NCBI RefSeq assembly: GCF_001194135.2 | Contig: NC_068984.1 | Span: 46,556,522-46,620,521, forward strand | DNA from: Octopus bimaculoides | Lineage: Eukaryota | Direction of reading: 5' to 3' | DNA: 64,000 bases | Part shown: piece after piece, positions 13,899 to 26,019 of the stretch | Layout: every line of letters starts with the position of its first letter | How positions within the stretch are numbered: position 1 is the first letter of the stretch | Translations under genes and position numbers: made by a program | Notes under the pieces: model-generated | The model's input: only the letters and a program-made list of their open reading frames with translations | Databases searched by the model: none | What the model was told of the DNA's origin: nothing

Positions 13899-14007
13899 CG
13901 CTGAGAGTGAGTCATATGACTGTAGGAGGGATGGTGGGAAAGATGACTTTCCACATCAGCTCTTCCATGGTCGTTAATGTCGCTGATAATAGTGATGATG
14001 ACGCCAT
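11632..14007 (-). pseudogene. ORF1 of the Tx1-like LINE (low-complexity N-terminus, putative RRM-like region, degenerate CCHC knuckle)
   Basis: AQADIEAALRYIRDDTDYIA..TTLVRIPRIPPGLD..DLEIFS|MTEGRRPQYFVCGETTHLRASSP, continuous once the SINE at 12602-13096 is removed; homologous to segments at 22340-22560 and 31200-31740. Confidence 0.65.
12602..13096 (+). mobile_element. full-length SINE family A inserted in Tx1 ORF1
   Basis: Head AGGAGTGGCTGTGTGGTAAG..GGGTTCAGTCCC, (TA)n core, tail (AAAAGAGT)n; imperfect TSD AGTCATAG/AGTAATAG. Confidence 0.9.
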
Positions 14008-14229
14008 CTTGTGTATTTGCATTTTTGTTCTTCAAGGCAATGGATAATTAAACGAATAAATAAATACTGTACGTTACAGGGCAGAAATATCCACAAAAAA
14101 TGTGTCAATAGGTTCTTAGTGTACTTATTATCAGTTTATAAGAAAATTGAGAACACATATTTGTACAGACAAGGTGAAAAGGATAAATTACGAAGCGTGT
14201 ATAAAAGAACGTCTTATGTATCCAGCAGC

Positions 14230-14230
<1 letters not shown>

Positions 14231-14287
<57 letters not shown>
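14231..14287 (+). repeat. (AAT)19 microsatellite between the Tx1 5' end and the R4/Dong 5' junction
   Basis: Read directly from the sequence. Confidence 0.95.
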
Positions 14288-14288
<1 letters not shown>

Positions 14289-16882
14289 GGAAGGCACCTG
14301 GGCACGACAAGATCCCCAACTTCTGGTTAAAACACCTGACAAGTGCACAAAATGCTGGCAGAAAACTTTACCAACATACTAGCAGAGCCAGAGACAATGC
14401 CTGAATGGCTTACGAAAGGGAAAACCATCTTAATTCCCAAATCCACGGAAACGGAGAAACCACAAAACTATAGACCTATAGCCTGTCTCCCTACGATCTA
14501 CAAAGCCTTTACTGCAATAATATCGCAGAGATTGATTAAGCACCTGGAAAATAACCTGTTTCTAGAAGAACAGAAGGGATGCTGCAAGGGCTCATACGGC
14601 TGTAAAGATCAATTATTGATCAATAAATCCATAACTGAAGACAGCCGCAGAAAGAAGAAAGGCCTCAGTATGAATTGGGTGGACTACCAAAAGGCTTTCG
14701 ACAGTGTTCCCCACACGTGGATTCTGGAAACACTAGCCATAAACAAGGTGGCACCAATTATCATAAAATACATAAAGCACTCAATGAACAAATGGCAGAC
14801 AGTGTTACAGCTCCAAACAAAAGAGGGACTTTGAAAACGAAAGCCATCCCCATTAGAAGAGGAGTATTCCAGGGAGATATGCTCACTCGACTCCTGTTCT
14901 GCCTGGCACTCACACCTTTAACTGAATTGCTAAATAGAACTGGATGCGGATACAAATGTTACGGGAAAATAGTCAGCCACCTTTTATATATGGATGACCT
15001 AAAATTATACGCTAAAAATGGCAAAGAGCTGCAAACACTACTACAGACAGTACATGGCTTTACTAAGGAAATAGACATGAAATTCGGATTAGAAAAATGT
15101 GCCAAAGCAACCCTGAAAAGAGGAAAATTAGTTAAAAGTAGCAACATCACAGTAGATAAAACCAATGAAATAAGAGAACTAGACGAAAGCCAACCTTACA
15201 AATATTTACGAGTCAATGAACTAGATAGGATACAACACACACAAATGAAAGAAAAAATACAGTAAGAATACTATAGACGAGTTAGATCAATACTAAAAAC
15301 AGAGCTCAATGCTAAAAACAATATAATAGGTATTAACACTTTAGCTGTCCCAGTTATAAGCTACAGCTACAATATCCTTAACTGGACACTAAACGAACTA
15401 TCTAAAATAGACAGGAAAACAAGAAAAATAATGACAGGATATAGGATGCACCAACCAAAATCTGACATAGAAAGGCTATATATACAACGCACAGAAGGTG
15501 GCAGGGGTCTTATACAGCTGGAAAACTATTATAAAATAACCACCATNNNNNNNNNNNNNNNNNNNNNNNNNNNNNNNNNNNNNNNNNNNNNNNNNNNNNN
15601 NNNNNNNNNNNNNNNNNNNNNNNNNNNNNNNNNNNNNNNNNNNNNNNNNNNNNNNNNNNNNNNNNNNNNNNNNNNNNNNNNNNNNNNNNNNNNNNNNNNN
15701 NNNNNNNNNNNNNNNNNNNNNNNNNNNNNNNNNNNNNNNNNNNNNNNNNNNNNNNNNNNNNNNNNNNNNNNNNNNNNNNNNNNNNNNNNNNNNNNNNNNN
15801 NNNNNNNNNNNNNNNNNNNNNNNNNNNNNNNNNNNNNNNNNNNNNNNNNNNNNNNNNNNNNNNNNNNNNNNNNNNNNNNNNNNNNNNNNNNNNNNNNNNN
15901 NNNNNNNNNNNNNNNNNNNNNNNNNNNNNNNNNNNNNNNNNNNNNNNNNNNNNNNNNNNNNNNNNNNNNNNNNNNAAGAAAAACCCCTACATGGTTAATA
16001 CTGGGCTAAACTAAATGCGAAAGAAATAGACAGAGAAAAATCCCGGCAATGGTTGAGAAGCTCAGGACTCAAAGCAGAGACTGAAGGATTTTTTATTGCT
16101 GCACAAGACCAAAGCCTCTCCACCAGAAATTACCAAAAACAAATAACGAAAAGAAACATAACAAATAACTGTAGAATATGTGGAGATCGACAAGAAACAA
16201 TAAATCATATTATCTCTAGCTGCCCAGTCCTGGCTAAGAAGGAATATATTCACAAACACGACAGAGCTGGGACCTATATACACTGGAAGCTATGCCAACA
16301 CTATGGAATAACAACNNNNNNNNNNCAAACACGACAGAGCTGGGACCTATATACACTGGAAGCTATGCCAACACTATGGAATAACAACAGAAAAGAGATG
16401 GTATAAACACCACGCCAGAAAAGGTCACAGAAAACGAGAAAGCAAACATACTCTGGGATATGCCAATACACACAGATAGAGAAATTAAGGCAAGAAAATA
16501 AAATGCTTTCTAATTGATGTATCAATACCAGCAGATGACTACGTTTCCCTCAAAGAAATGGAAAAACTTTCAAAATACAAACACTTGGAAATAGAGGTAA
16601 CTCGAATGTGGAATCTAAAAACTAAAACAATTCCTATCTTTGTAGGTGCCTTAGGTATAATTAAAAAATATTCAGCCAAATACATAACAAAAACACCAGG
16701 ACTTACAAATATATATAACATACAGAAAATTGCACTACTGAGCACTGCACACATCCTACGCAAAACACTTTCAATACAGTAACCATAAGGTCATCACAGC
16801 AAACCACAGCACATACCCAAGGCACACAGAGCTGCGCTCGGTAGTGAAGTGAAAGCACGTTATAAAAATAAAACTACTGAAC
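14288..16882 (+). mobile_element. 5'-truncated R4/Dong-clade non-LTR retrotransposon (RT + CCHC + RLE) with 3'UTR, inside (AAT)n
   Basis: KAPGHDKIPNFWLK, NYRPIACLPTIYK, VDYQKAFDSVPH, GVFQGD, LLYMDDLKLY, CRICGDRQETINHIISSC, EKLSKYKHLEIE..IFVGALG..LRKTLSIQ* (stop 16782); (AAT)n on both sides. Confidence 0.92.
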
Positions 16883-16920
<38 letters not shown>

Positions 16921-16921
<1 letters not shown>

Positions 16922-17102
16922 CCTTTCTGCTATAGGCATACGACCCGGATTTTGTGGAGTGGGGGGACAATCGGTTACATCGACACCAGTTCTCAACTGG
17001 TTGTATATTTAACCGCCCTGAAAGGATGAAAGGCAAAGCTGACCTGGGCGTAATTAGAACTCAAAACGTAGGAACGAGCGAAATACCGCTAAGCATTTCG
17101 CC
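16921..17102 (-). mobile_element. SINE family B whose (ATT)n tail adjoins the Dong 3' junction
   Basis: Reverse complement of GCTTAGCGGTATTTCG..GAGTTCTAATTACGCC..GCTTTGCCTTTCATCCTTTCAGGG..CCTATAGCAGAAAGGA(TTA)n. Confidence 0.8.
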
Positions 17103-17133
17103 TAGATAATGAAATTAAAAAATAAAAATAATG

Positions 17134-17201
<68 letters not shown>

Positions 17202-17205
17202 AATA

Positions 17206-17330
17206 GTACGTGGAACAAATAGGGGCTGCAATAAGCAGAAAACAGCACTGCTTGGAACCGCTCGAGTACTCTGGAAGATGCTCGAAAAATAAGAGGTGTT
17301 ACCTTAGTTCAATGGTAGTGAACAGCTGAC
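17206..17330 (+). mobile_element. extreme 3' fragment of an R4/Dong LINE between (AAT)n arrays
   Basis: QKTALLGTARVLWKMLEK*, the typical R4 ORF terminus. Confidence 0.65.
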
Positions 17331-17367
17331 ACTGTAATACATCTCCAGCGTTAGAAGGTGTGCAAAA

Positions 17368-17454
<87 letters not shown>

Positions 17455-17559
17455 TTAACAATAATAATGATGAGAGGTTTTCCAGTGTGATTATTTCCGT
17501 ACTTTTTTAAAACTTTCCATGATCCCTCTGTCCTTGGTGTTGAGGTAGTATATAAGTTT

Positions 17560-18975
17560 AAGTGAAAGACAACCATATTCTATTTATGAGGAATTTGAAA
17601 CTCTATGGCAACGATGACATACAATTGAGTTCTTTAGTGAACAGCGTCCACTGTTTTAGAGCTAACCTTAAGATGGAATTCAGACTCAAGAAGTGCGGTG
17701 TAATGAGTCTCAAAAGAAGAAAAGTGGGGTCCCGGGTAGGAACAGAATTACCAATATTGAAAAAATAATGAAACGAATTGGAAATGAAGGCTATAAGTAG
17801 CCTGGGATACAAGAGTTTAAATATATCATGGTGAAGAAAATTAAAGATAATCTGAAGAAAGAGTACTTCCGATTAGTGTTGCGCTCAAAATTAACCAGAT
17901 GGAATAAATTCCAAGCAGTAGATATATAAGCGATAGTGTAACTTAGGCGTGGAGCTGGTACCATAAACTAGGAAAGAATGAGAATAGATACGAAGACAAA
18001 GAAATATTGCTATTGCATGGATCATTCCATCCAATGAGTGACAGTGATCGACTGTACTTGACTATAAGAAAGGACTTGTGAGGTTTCATCAGTTAACAGG
18101 TCTGTGTTGAATCAGTGGAAATCAGTTTAGCTTGGTGTGTAAAAAATGCCGTATAACTATTGCTGACGCTTGTGAAGAAGTCTGGTAAAATCAAAACTGA
18201 TAATTGTCTTGAGACAGCAAAATTTATAAACGGAAAAAAAAACACGAAAACTCTAATGGTATAGAAGGAAATAAAATAGCATAGAACGAAAAAAGTACGA
18301 AAAAAGTACGAAGATAATAAATGCAGAAGGCCAGTGGTTATGGATGCAGAGGAGTGTCTTGAAGATACAAACAGATGCAGTATAATGTGCGGCACAAGTA
18401 CAAGCATTAAGGAGAAACTATGTGAAGTGCAGAATTGATAAAGTAACAGAGTTCCACAAATGTAGAATGTGTGATGAGCGGATTGAAATAGCGTGGCACG
18501 TAGCAGATGCCCGAAACTGGCACATCTTAAATAAAAATGATGAAATGTCATTGTGGCATGAATGATTCACTGACCAAATCCCGGAGGGAGTTATTGAGAA
18601 TGAGGATAACAAAACCTTGTGAGATGCAATGATTCAGTGTGACCATCAATTTAAACGTCGTAAAACGGACATTGTTGTAGAGAACAGAAAAGGGAAATCA
18701 CGCCTGATAATTGACACAGCATGTTATGGTGACAAGAGGATTGAAGAGAAACAAGAATAAAATGTAAACAACTACGACAAATTGAAATGGGAAACACGCA
18801 GGTTGTGTGCATTGAAGAAAGGGAACGTGATAGAAATAGCGTTTCGTGCATTTGAAAGTGTGAGCACCCAAATACCAGTATGGCTTAAAAAGAATGGAAC
18901 GAATATAAAGATGGAACACGTTCAAAGATAATCATTATTTGGAATTGTAAGAGTTCTTCGCATTGTTCTTGATAA
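17560..18975 (+). mobile_element. old, degenerate R4/Dong LINE (end of RT to RLE)
   Basis: HILFMRNLKLYG (YMDDLKLY-like), MEFRLKKCGV, KCRMCDE, RKTDIVV..LIIDTACYGD..YDKLKWE. Confidence 0.75.
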
Positions 18976-19599
18976 AAGATCAGTAAACAAGTATCATATA
19001 ACCTTAGTCTGCTGGCTATGGACAGCTGAATCTTTCCCTCATAACCCGCGGCTATATGACTAGGTTTGTATTATCTCGGGTAGACAAGTGTGTATCATAG
19101 TACAGTATTAATAAAATTGTATCATTTATACTAACAGACTGGTACCTGTATTTCTGTCATTTAAGTAAATTTCATGTGTTTAATTTACTGTTTTGAGAAA
19201 GCTGACCACCCCTTGTTAAGAAAAGTCAGTAGCCCTGAATGGATTTGGAACGACAAGTTTCTTAGAATTTATGCTGTACCTGTATGTATGTATGTATGTA
19301 TGTATGCATTTTTATCGGCATGTACACATACATACGCAAGCAGAGGCACACACGCACATACACACATACGTGTATAGATATTGTAAAATTATTAACAATT
19401 AACAAAAGCAGCACAGGAAGAAGAAAGTATGGCAAATATCATATGAAATTACCAATTTGAAGGGCGAAATCATAAAGACGTTTCAGAATTTAGTACTTTA
19501 TCAAACAGTAAGAAAGAAGGATAAAGTTTGCGGCGGTATAGAGATATTGAAAACAGACATTCGCGCACATCTATAAAACTGTTGGAGATGCATCAGAAT

Positions 19600-19900
19600 G
19601 AATTCCCATTGTAGAAGGTACAGTGTTGGAGCTCAGTGATGGTTTTGATGTTACAGAAGAAAGGTGAATATGGTAGCGGGGACAGTATTAAGGAATGGAC
19701 CCGAGAAATAGACGGGTTGTGAAGAAGAATGTGCAGTAGTTATGTAGCCTCCATAGTTTGCAGGTTCTTAAATCAAGAACGGTTTGGGTGGAAATGAGTG
19801 AAAATGTCAGATTGGAAGCAATGGATGGGTCCTCAGATCGAGAAGCAGGATGGTATTGTAATAGCAAAATGGAAGAGTTCACAGTGTGTTGGGTTTTAAA
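19600..19900 (-). mobile_element. degenerate CR1/L2/Jockey-like LINE 3' coding end
   Basis: LHNYCTFFFTTRLFLGSIP resembles the Y..SFFPRT..LWNSLP C-terminal motif; heavily decayed. Confidence 0.35.
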
Positions 19901-21559
19901 CGTGAAGCATGATGTCTGGTGCGCATTTAATTTGACAAGTGCGTGAGATTAGCAGCTTGAATGAGGGGGTCAGTACATAATCGCGTTAAATAAATAGCAA
20001 GAAAATATACTGAGCCTGAAAGTTAAGATTGCTACTAATATTTGTATATGTGTGTATCTGTTTGCGTGCGTGTGTGTATATGTGCTTGCATAGGTACATG
20101 TGCATGGATGTGTATGTATACATATATCTAAACACACTAAACTTTAGTAGTTAACCACCTCACTTTATACAGCTAAAATATTAATTCGTTTGCGTACAGC
20201 ACTAGAAATATAGTGTATGTAGTGGAACACTTAACTTAATCACGCATATCGTATGGCTGGCACATTTTGATCAATCAGGGCAATTTGTATTTCAAATCCA
20301 ACTCCGATACAATATAAACCAAGAAGAACGATGTTGGCAATATTAAATAATTTATACGTTAGTGTTCACATTGTGTTTTTCCACCATAAATAGCAACGGA
20401 ATAACTATCAAATCCCATGCGACTGCTTTCAAAAAGACACTCTCGTCCACAGCATAGTCCGAGGCATACAAAACAACATTCCAGATATTTAATCTGAATG
20501 TTATACTTTATTCCAATACTGCACATTTTAATGGAGCTGGCTAAGAGTTGGTTTGTTAACCTCAGATGAGGCCGGTAGTAATTCGGCCGACTGAAAAAGA
20601 AAGAATTGCATATTCTACCTCAAATGGATATAAAATGAGTATCTAGTATGAATGCATTTTGTTACACACACTTCCATTTTTCTTACCCAAACAACATATA
20701 GCAATAGGAATATTGATTATACACTTTATCTGTCAGTGTCCTTGAGCTATAATGCATGAACATCACACAATCCTAGTCCACTCCTCTTCTGTTAAACTTC
20801 ATTGCCTTCTGACTAAGAAATCAATAATGATTATAACGATTAGAATGACAACAAAATTAGTAATGCGGACAATGGTGATGAAGATCACGGTTATAATGGT
20901 GATTACTGCAATGGCGTTGACAAAGATTATGTCGGTAATGATGATGATGACGAAGATGAGAATGATGTTGGTGAGGGTGGTGGCATGGTGATATAAGGAG
21001 GGTGAGGATGATACTGTTGCTGATGGTGATGATAAAGAGGCCATTAAATTGCTTAGAGCCCTTCCGTTTGTCAGTCTATCTATTAAGATGATAAGTACTT
21101 TACTGTATACAATTAATAAATGAGTGACAGTCGCTGTAAAATAAACAAGAGCATCCAAGGAAATCAAAAGAGATTCTTACATCTGGCCCATTGAGTATAT
21201 CTATGATTCATGCTGCATTATTTTGATAGATGAAAGGACTTTCATAACGTAGAAAACAATAACAGAAACAAAAGCAAGCCTAAACAGATGAAAACGGATA
21301 TGAAGTAAATAGTAATATCAAACTACAACAAGAGTAATATAAGAATACTTACGTAGTTGACGGTTGAATGTTGACGAAATAGGAAGCATAACACATTTTA
21401 GTATAGGTTCTAACATAACAATGCTTCCTCAAGTAATCTTGGCGTGTGTAATTAAGTGTGGGTATTGAAAACACACATGAAGAACAACAATAAAAACAAC
21501 TAATCATAACAAGGAAGACTATAACATTAATAACAGCACTACAACCATACGACTATCAC

Positions 21560-21680
21560 TGCCACCACCACTGCCGCCACCGACGTCGACGCCACCGACG
21601 CCGACGCCACCGACGCCAACGCCACCGACGCCAACGCCGACGCCACCACCACCAACAACAACAACAACAAAAACAACATT
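21560..21680. repeat. GC-rich compound repeat (CCA/CCG/ACG units) grading into (CAA)n
   Basis: ccaccgacgccgacgccaccgacgccaacgcc... read directly. Confidence 0.85.
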
Positions 21681-21709
21681 GGTAATAATAATAATAATAA
21701 TAATAATAA

Positions 21710-23323
21710 CTATTTATTGGACTAAGACCGACATATACGGGACAATACAATACACGGGGACAGTGGGAGTTTTACACAAAACAATGAGTAAACAATTAGG
21801 AAAACAAAAACAATATACATTTAATAAGAAAATTATAACATTGAAAACTCCTCCATGGGTGGATAACGACACATGGTTGGCTCAGGTACCCAACCAAACC
21901 TAAGCTACCCGACGTTTCGAGGGTACTCGGGGAGGGCATCTCTCTTATCAAATTCACTAGCCTACAGGCGCATTATTAGAGTAGATCCACTTCCACGGGC
22001 CATATTCACTACATTCACCCACATTTCAGCAAATGTGCTGTGGGGCAACACTTCTCTCTCCACCTACATCTCACTTCTCTCTCCACCTACATCTTCATTT
22101 CTAAGTGAAATTTGAAAAAAAAAGTGATGAGGGATTGGCCGAAGAGAAAAGTGTCTGTCTTCAGTCCTTTTAACCTTGTTTATCATATAACCTCTTTCGC
22201 TACTCACCAAATAGAGGAAAATTGCCAGCCCTTCCTGGCCAAAGAAAAGCGGCTGGTTGATCTTCACTATGGACTCTGCCGATGGCCGGATACGCCCTGC
22301 ACGCGACAACAGCTGTTCGACATTACTCAAAGTATGGTCTGCCTCTCGCTATGAAGTCGGTGTCATTCCTGATATATCTCAGCTCAGCTTCAACAGCTGC
22401 TTGTGCTTTTAACGCCGCCTTATTCGTCTCTGCTGCGATGCATCTGAAATGTACCGTTCCTCTCTCTACTCTTTCAATGGCTTCTGTTGGAATAGGTAGG
22501 TTGGCCCAGGTTTGCTAGTGTTTGATGACTTTCCAGGATTGGGCAACTTTTGATCTTTGTGAGGTTTAGGCTTAATTGTAATCTCATTTTGGCTGTTGCC
22601 GCTGCAAAGTGTTCTTTTTTTTTGTTGGTCATATTGGTATCGTTGTTGTTGTTGTTACTGTTGCAGCTACTGCTGCTGCTGCTGCCGTTGCTGTCTATCG
22701 TATTGTTGGTGTTTGTACTACTACTACTACTACTGCTGCTTCTGCTGCTGCTTCTGCTGCTGCTGCTGCTGCTGCGACTACTACTACTACTACTACTACT
22801 ACTACTGCTGCTACTGCTGCTGCTGCTGGCACTGATGATAGCAATGGAGATGGTTGTGTTTTCGCTTGCATTGTTTATGTTTGAAATTTTCTTCTCTTGT
22901 TTGTTCGGTGGCAAATGTTAGGAAAGAAGCAAAGGGAATTAATTTTCATACGTTCCACGTGCGATATTGTTGTTAATGTTGTTATTGTTGTTATTGTTGT
23001 TGCTGCTGCTGTTGTTGATGTTGTTGCTACAGCAGTCGCATTCTTTTCCAGCATGGCTGTTCTGTTTTGCAGATAATCCGCTGTTCATTTCAACAGTTTT
23101 TGCTCGACATTTTTGATTTTTGCGAAATAAAAAGCACAAAAAAAAAAGACAGTGGCATTGTAACCCAAGCAAATCCCTAAATAGCTCATAAGGGCTCCAA
23201 ATGGGAAAGAATTAATCAGTTCCTCAAGTCCTGGTTTGTTTAACTAAGTAACAATAATAAATTTACAATGTAAAACCATGTATACCAATATGGATAATAG
23301 CAAGCGCGTGTCGAAAGACGAGC
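21710..23323 (-). mobile_element. internally deleted Tx1-like LINE: 5'UTR + ORF1 N-terminus fused to ORF2 C-terminus + 3'UTR
   Basis: KAQAAVEAELRYIRNDTDFIA (ORF1) joined near 22340 to NVEQLLSRAGRIR..TRLKGLKTDTFLFGQSLITFFFKFHLE..VERE..WVNVVNMAR (ORF2 end); AATAAA then (ATT)9. Confidence 0.8.
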
Positions 23324-23367
<44 letters not shown>

Positions 23368-23374
23368 TAATAAT

Positions 23375-23412
<38 letters not shown>

Positions 23413-23422
23413 CCGCAACAGT

Positions 23423-23455
<33 letters not shown>

Positions 23456-23456
<1 letters not shown>

Positions 23457-23685
23457 GTTTCAAATTCTGATTACGTCGTCCCAATGCTCGACCGGTACTT
23501 ATTATGCTCGACCGGTACTTATTATGCTCGACCGGTACTTATGCTCGACCGGTACTTATTTTATTGAGTCCACAAAGATGAAGAGCAAAGTCAGACATCA
23601 GTGGTATTTGAAATCAACGCAGAGCAACGGAAAAGATATGCTGCTAAGCGTTTCACCCGGCGTACTAACGAGTCTGCCAGCTCAT
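23456..23685 (-). mobile_element. SINE family B-related copy with an internal 20-bp tandem amplification
   Basis: GAGCTGGCAGACTCGTTAGTACGCCGGG head; four copies of ATGCTCGACCGGTACTTATT at 23484-23560. Confidence 0.7.
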
Positions 23686-24116
23686 CACCTCAATAAGGAT
23701 GATGATGATGATTATGATGGTAGTTTCAAATGTTGACACAAGGCCAGCAATTTCTAGGGGAGGGGTTAAATCTATTACTGGTGCTACTTATTTTATCGAC
23801 CACGAAAGGATGAAAGGCATGTTGATCTCGGTGGAATTTGGGTTTATTAATTAACACAAGGGCTTAATTCAATTTAAAAAAAAAAAAGCAACTGACGAAA
23901 GTGTTAGAACCATGAGAGAATATATTAAATTATATAAATAACAGGGTAGGGGAAAAAGAGCTGATGAAATGCATTGCATGATATTTAATGATTAATTCCA
24001 CACCCGTAAGATTCTTTTGCATTGCAACTGGCAACCAGTATCCAACATCGCCTGAACAACTAATTATGATAACAAAGGGAGAAATATGCGATTTTCTCCT
24101 TGTTTACGTGTTATGA

Positions 24117-24503
24117 GTGGAGGCGCAATGACCTAGTGGTTAGGGCAGCGGACTCGCGGTCATAGGATCGCGGTTTCGATTCCAAGATCGGCCGTTGTGA
24201 GTGTTTATTGAGCGAAAACACTTAAAGCTCCACGAGACTCCGGCAGGGGATGGTGGCGAACCCTGCTGTACTCTTTCAACACAACTTTTTCTCACTCTTA
24301 CTTCCTGTTTCTGTTGTACCTGTATTTCAAAGGGACAGCCTTGTCACACTGTGTCCCGCTGAATATTCCCGAGAAATACGTTAAGGGTACACGTGTCTGT
24401 GGAGTGCTCAACCACTTGCACGTTAATTTCACGAGCAGGCTGTTCCGTTGATCAGATCAACTGGAACCCTCAACATCGTAAGCGACGGAGTGCCAACAAC
24501 ACA
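24117..24503 (+). mobile_element. tRNA-derived SINE, family C, full length
   Basis: GTGGAGGCGCAATGACCTAGTGG..GGTTTCGATTCC (A/B boxes); 11-bp TSD ACGTGTTATGA at 24106-24116 and 24504-24514. Confidence 0.92.
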
Positions 24504-24697
24504 ACGTGTTATGAATGACTCAGGCAAGAAGTTCATTTCCCTGGGCACCTATATCTAATAAGTTACGTTGTTGCTGCTAAATCGTTCAGGTTTGTAGTTT
24601 CTCTTTACTTACCACACTTCTGAAAGAATGCCTTAACAATCGCTATTACGTAGCTTATAATAAGTTGTTCTAAAACTGAAATATCCCAGATTATAGT

Positions 24698-24968
24698 CGC
24701 AGACGTGGTTGCGTGGTAAGAAGTTTCCTTCTCAACCACGTTGTTTCGGGTTACGTCCCACTGAGACGTTAGCAAAAGGCACATGCTTTCTACTATGGCC
24801 TCGGGCCGATCAAAACCTAATGAATATTGTGTGTGTGTGTGTTTTTTTTTTTTCTGTATTTTTCCACCACCACCAGTTGGCAACTTCATTCAACTAATAA
24901 TCCTTTTAACCCGATGCTCTAGCATGGCCGCAGTCTAATGAATGAAACAAGTAAAAGATAAAAGATAA
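24698..24968 (+). mobile_element. SINE family A, internally deleted
   Basis: Family A head plus tail CTAGCATGGCCGCAGTC..GTAAAAGATAAAAGATA. Confidence 0.75.
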
Positions 24969-25640
24969 ACGGTATTTTTCATGTTTGATTTGACAACGAT
25001 GATCTTGTTAATTTTTTTTTTCTTATACATCTGTATTGCATAAATTCTTAAAGCTTGTATATAATTAAGTGTATAGTTTTTAGTGTATAATGTGCGATGT
25101 TATGTGAAATGAAATTTGCGCTTTCAAATTTTGTTTTTTCTACGTGTGCTTACGTCCATTTTAATTTACTTTTGAAGGGATGTTGTTATTTGACGAGAAA
25201 GCATTCTGAGTTTTATAAAGCAAAAATATAAATGAAAGTAAATTCAAAATACCAGAGACTGTTTTTTCCAGTGTTATTTATCGTCTTCTCAAGAATTTTA
25301 GATTATATGACATCGTATCCAGTAGAAGTTTCAAAATCTTTCGAACGAGTCGATGGTGTATCTTCTTCCAGATAGTAGTAGTAGTAGCAGTCTTAATGAA
25401 ATTACTAAAAAAAATGTATCTACTCAAAGAAATGAAGTAATAGATAGAAGACTCACCGTCAGTTGCTTGCACTCGTTCTTTTATATTACCCACTAAGTCG
25501 TCAGTACACTTCTAAGTACCTTACTCTTTACAATGTATATTCCAACCACAAAAAGCTCGGGGTCATTCATTTAAATAATCTTGTATCGGTATATGAGAAA
25601 CTGATTCTGTGTCCTCGTCTCAGATATATTTCCTCAGACT

Positions 25641-26019
25641 GTGGAGGCGCAGTGGCCCAGTGGTTAGGGCAGCAGACTCGCGGTCGTAGGATCGCGGTTT
25701 CGATTCCCAGACCCGGCGTTGTGAGTGTTTATTGAGCAAAAACACTTAAAGCTCCACAAGGCTCCGGCGGGGGATGGTAGCGAACCTTGCTGTACTCTTT
25801 TACCACAACTTTTTCTCACTCTTCCTGTTTCTGTTGTACCTGTATTTCAAAGGGACCAGCCTTGTCACACTGTGTCACGCTGAATCTCCTCGAGAACTAC
25901 GTTAAGGGTACACGTGTCTGTGGAGTGCTCAGCTACTTGCACGTTAATTTCCCGAGCAGGCTGTTCCGTTGACCGGATCAACTGGAACCCTCGTCGTCGT
26001 AACTGACGGAGTGCCAACC
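25641..26019 (+). mobile_element. tRNA-derived SINE, family C, full length
   Basis: GTGGAGGCGCAGTGGCCCAGTGG..GGTTTCGATTCC; 13-bp TSD ATTTCCTCAGACT at 25628-25640 and 26020-26032. Confidence 0.93.

Larger units (their letters stand above)
9315..14230 (-). mobile_element. Tx1/L1-clade non-LTR retrotransposon, 5' end apparently intact, 3'-truncated, decayed, interrupted by a SINE
   Basis: Putative 5'UTR 14230-14008, ORF1 (candidate ATG 14007 in AAGATGGCG), zinc knuckle GRRPQYFVCGETTHLRASSP, ORF2 with APE and RT motifs. Confidence 0.85.

Noticed and set aside
16255-16388. Exact ~60-bp direct repeat inside the Dong ORF
   Set aside because: The copies flank a 10-N gap; typical unmerged contig overlap (assembly artefact).
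22474-22921. Poly-Leu/Ser/Cys/Ala ORFs that look like membrane or low-complexity proteins
   Set aside because: Translations of trinucleotide microsatellites within the Tx1 ORF1 N-terminal region; the same applies to 8421, 20799, 27099, 30454 and 40769.
23484-23560. CRISPR-like array
   Set aside because: The repeats are contiguous with no unique spacers, there are no cas genes, and the context is eukaryotic.
24117-24190. tRNA genes
   Set aside because: The tRNA-like A/B-box heads continue into SINE bodies with TSDs and do not form a complete cloverleaf.
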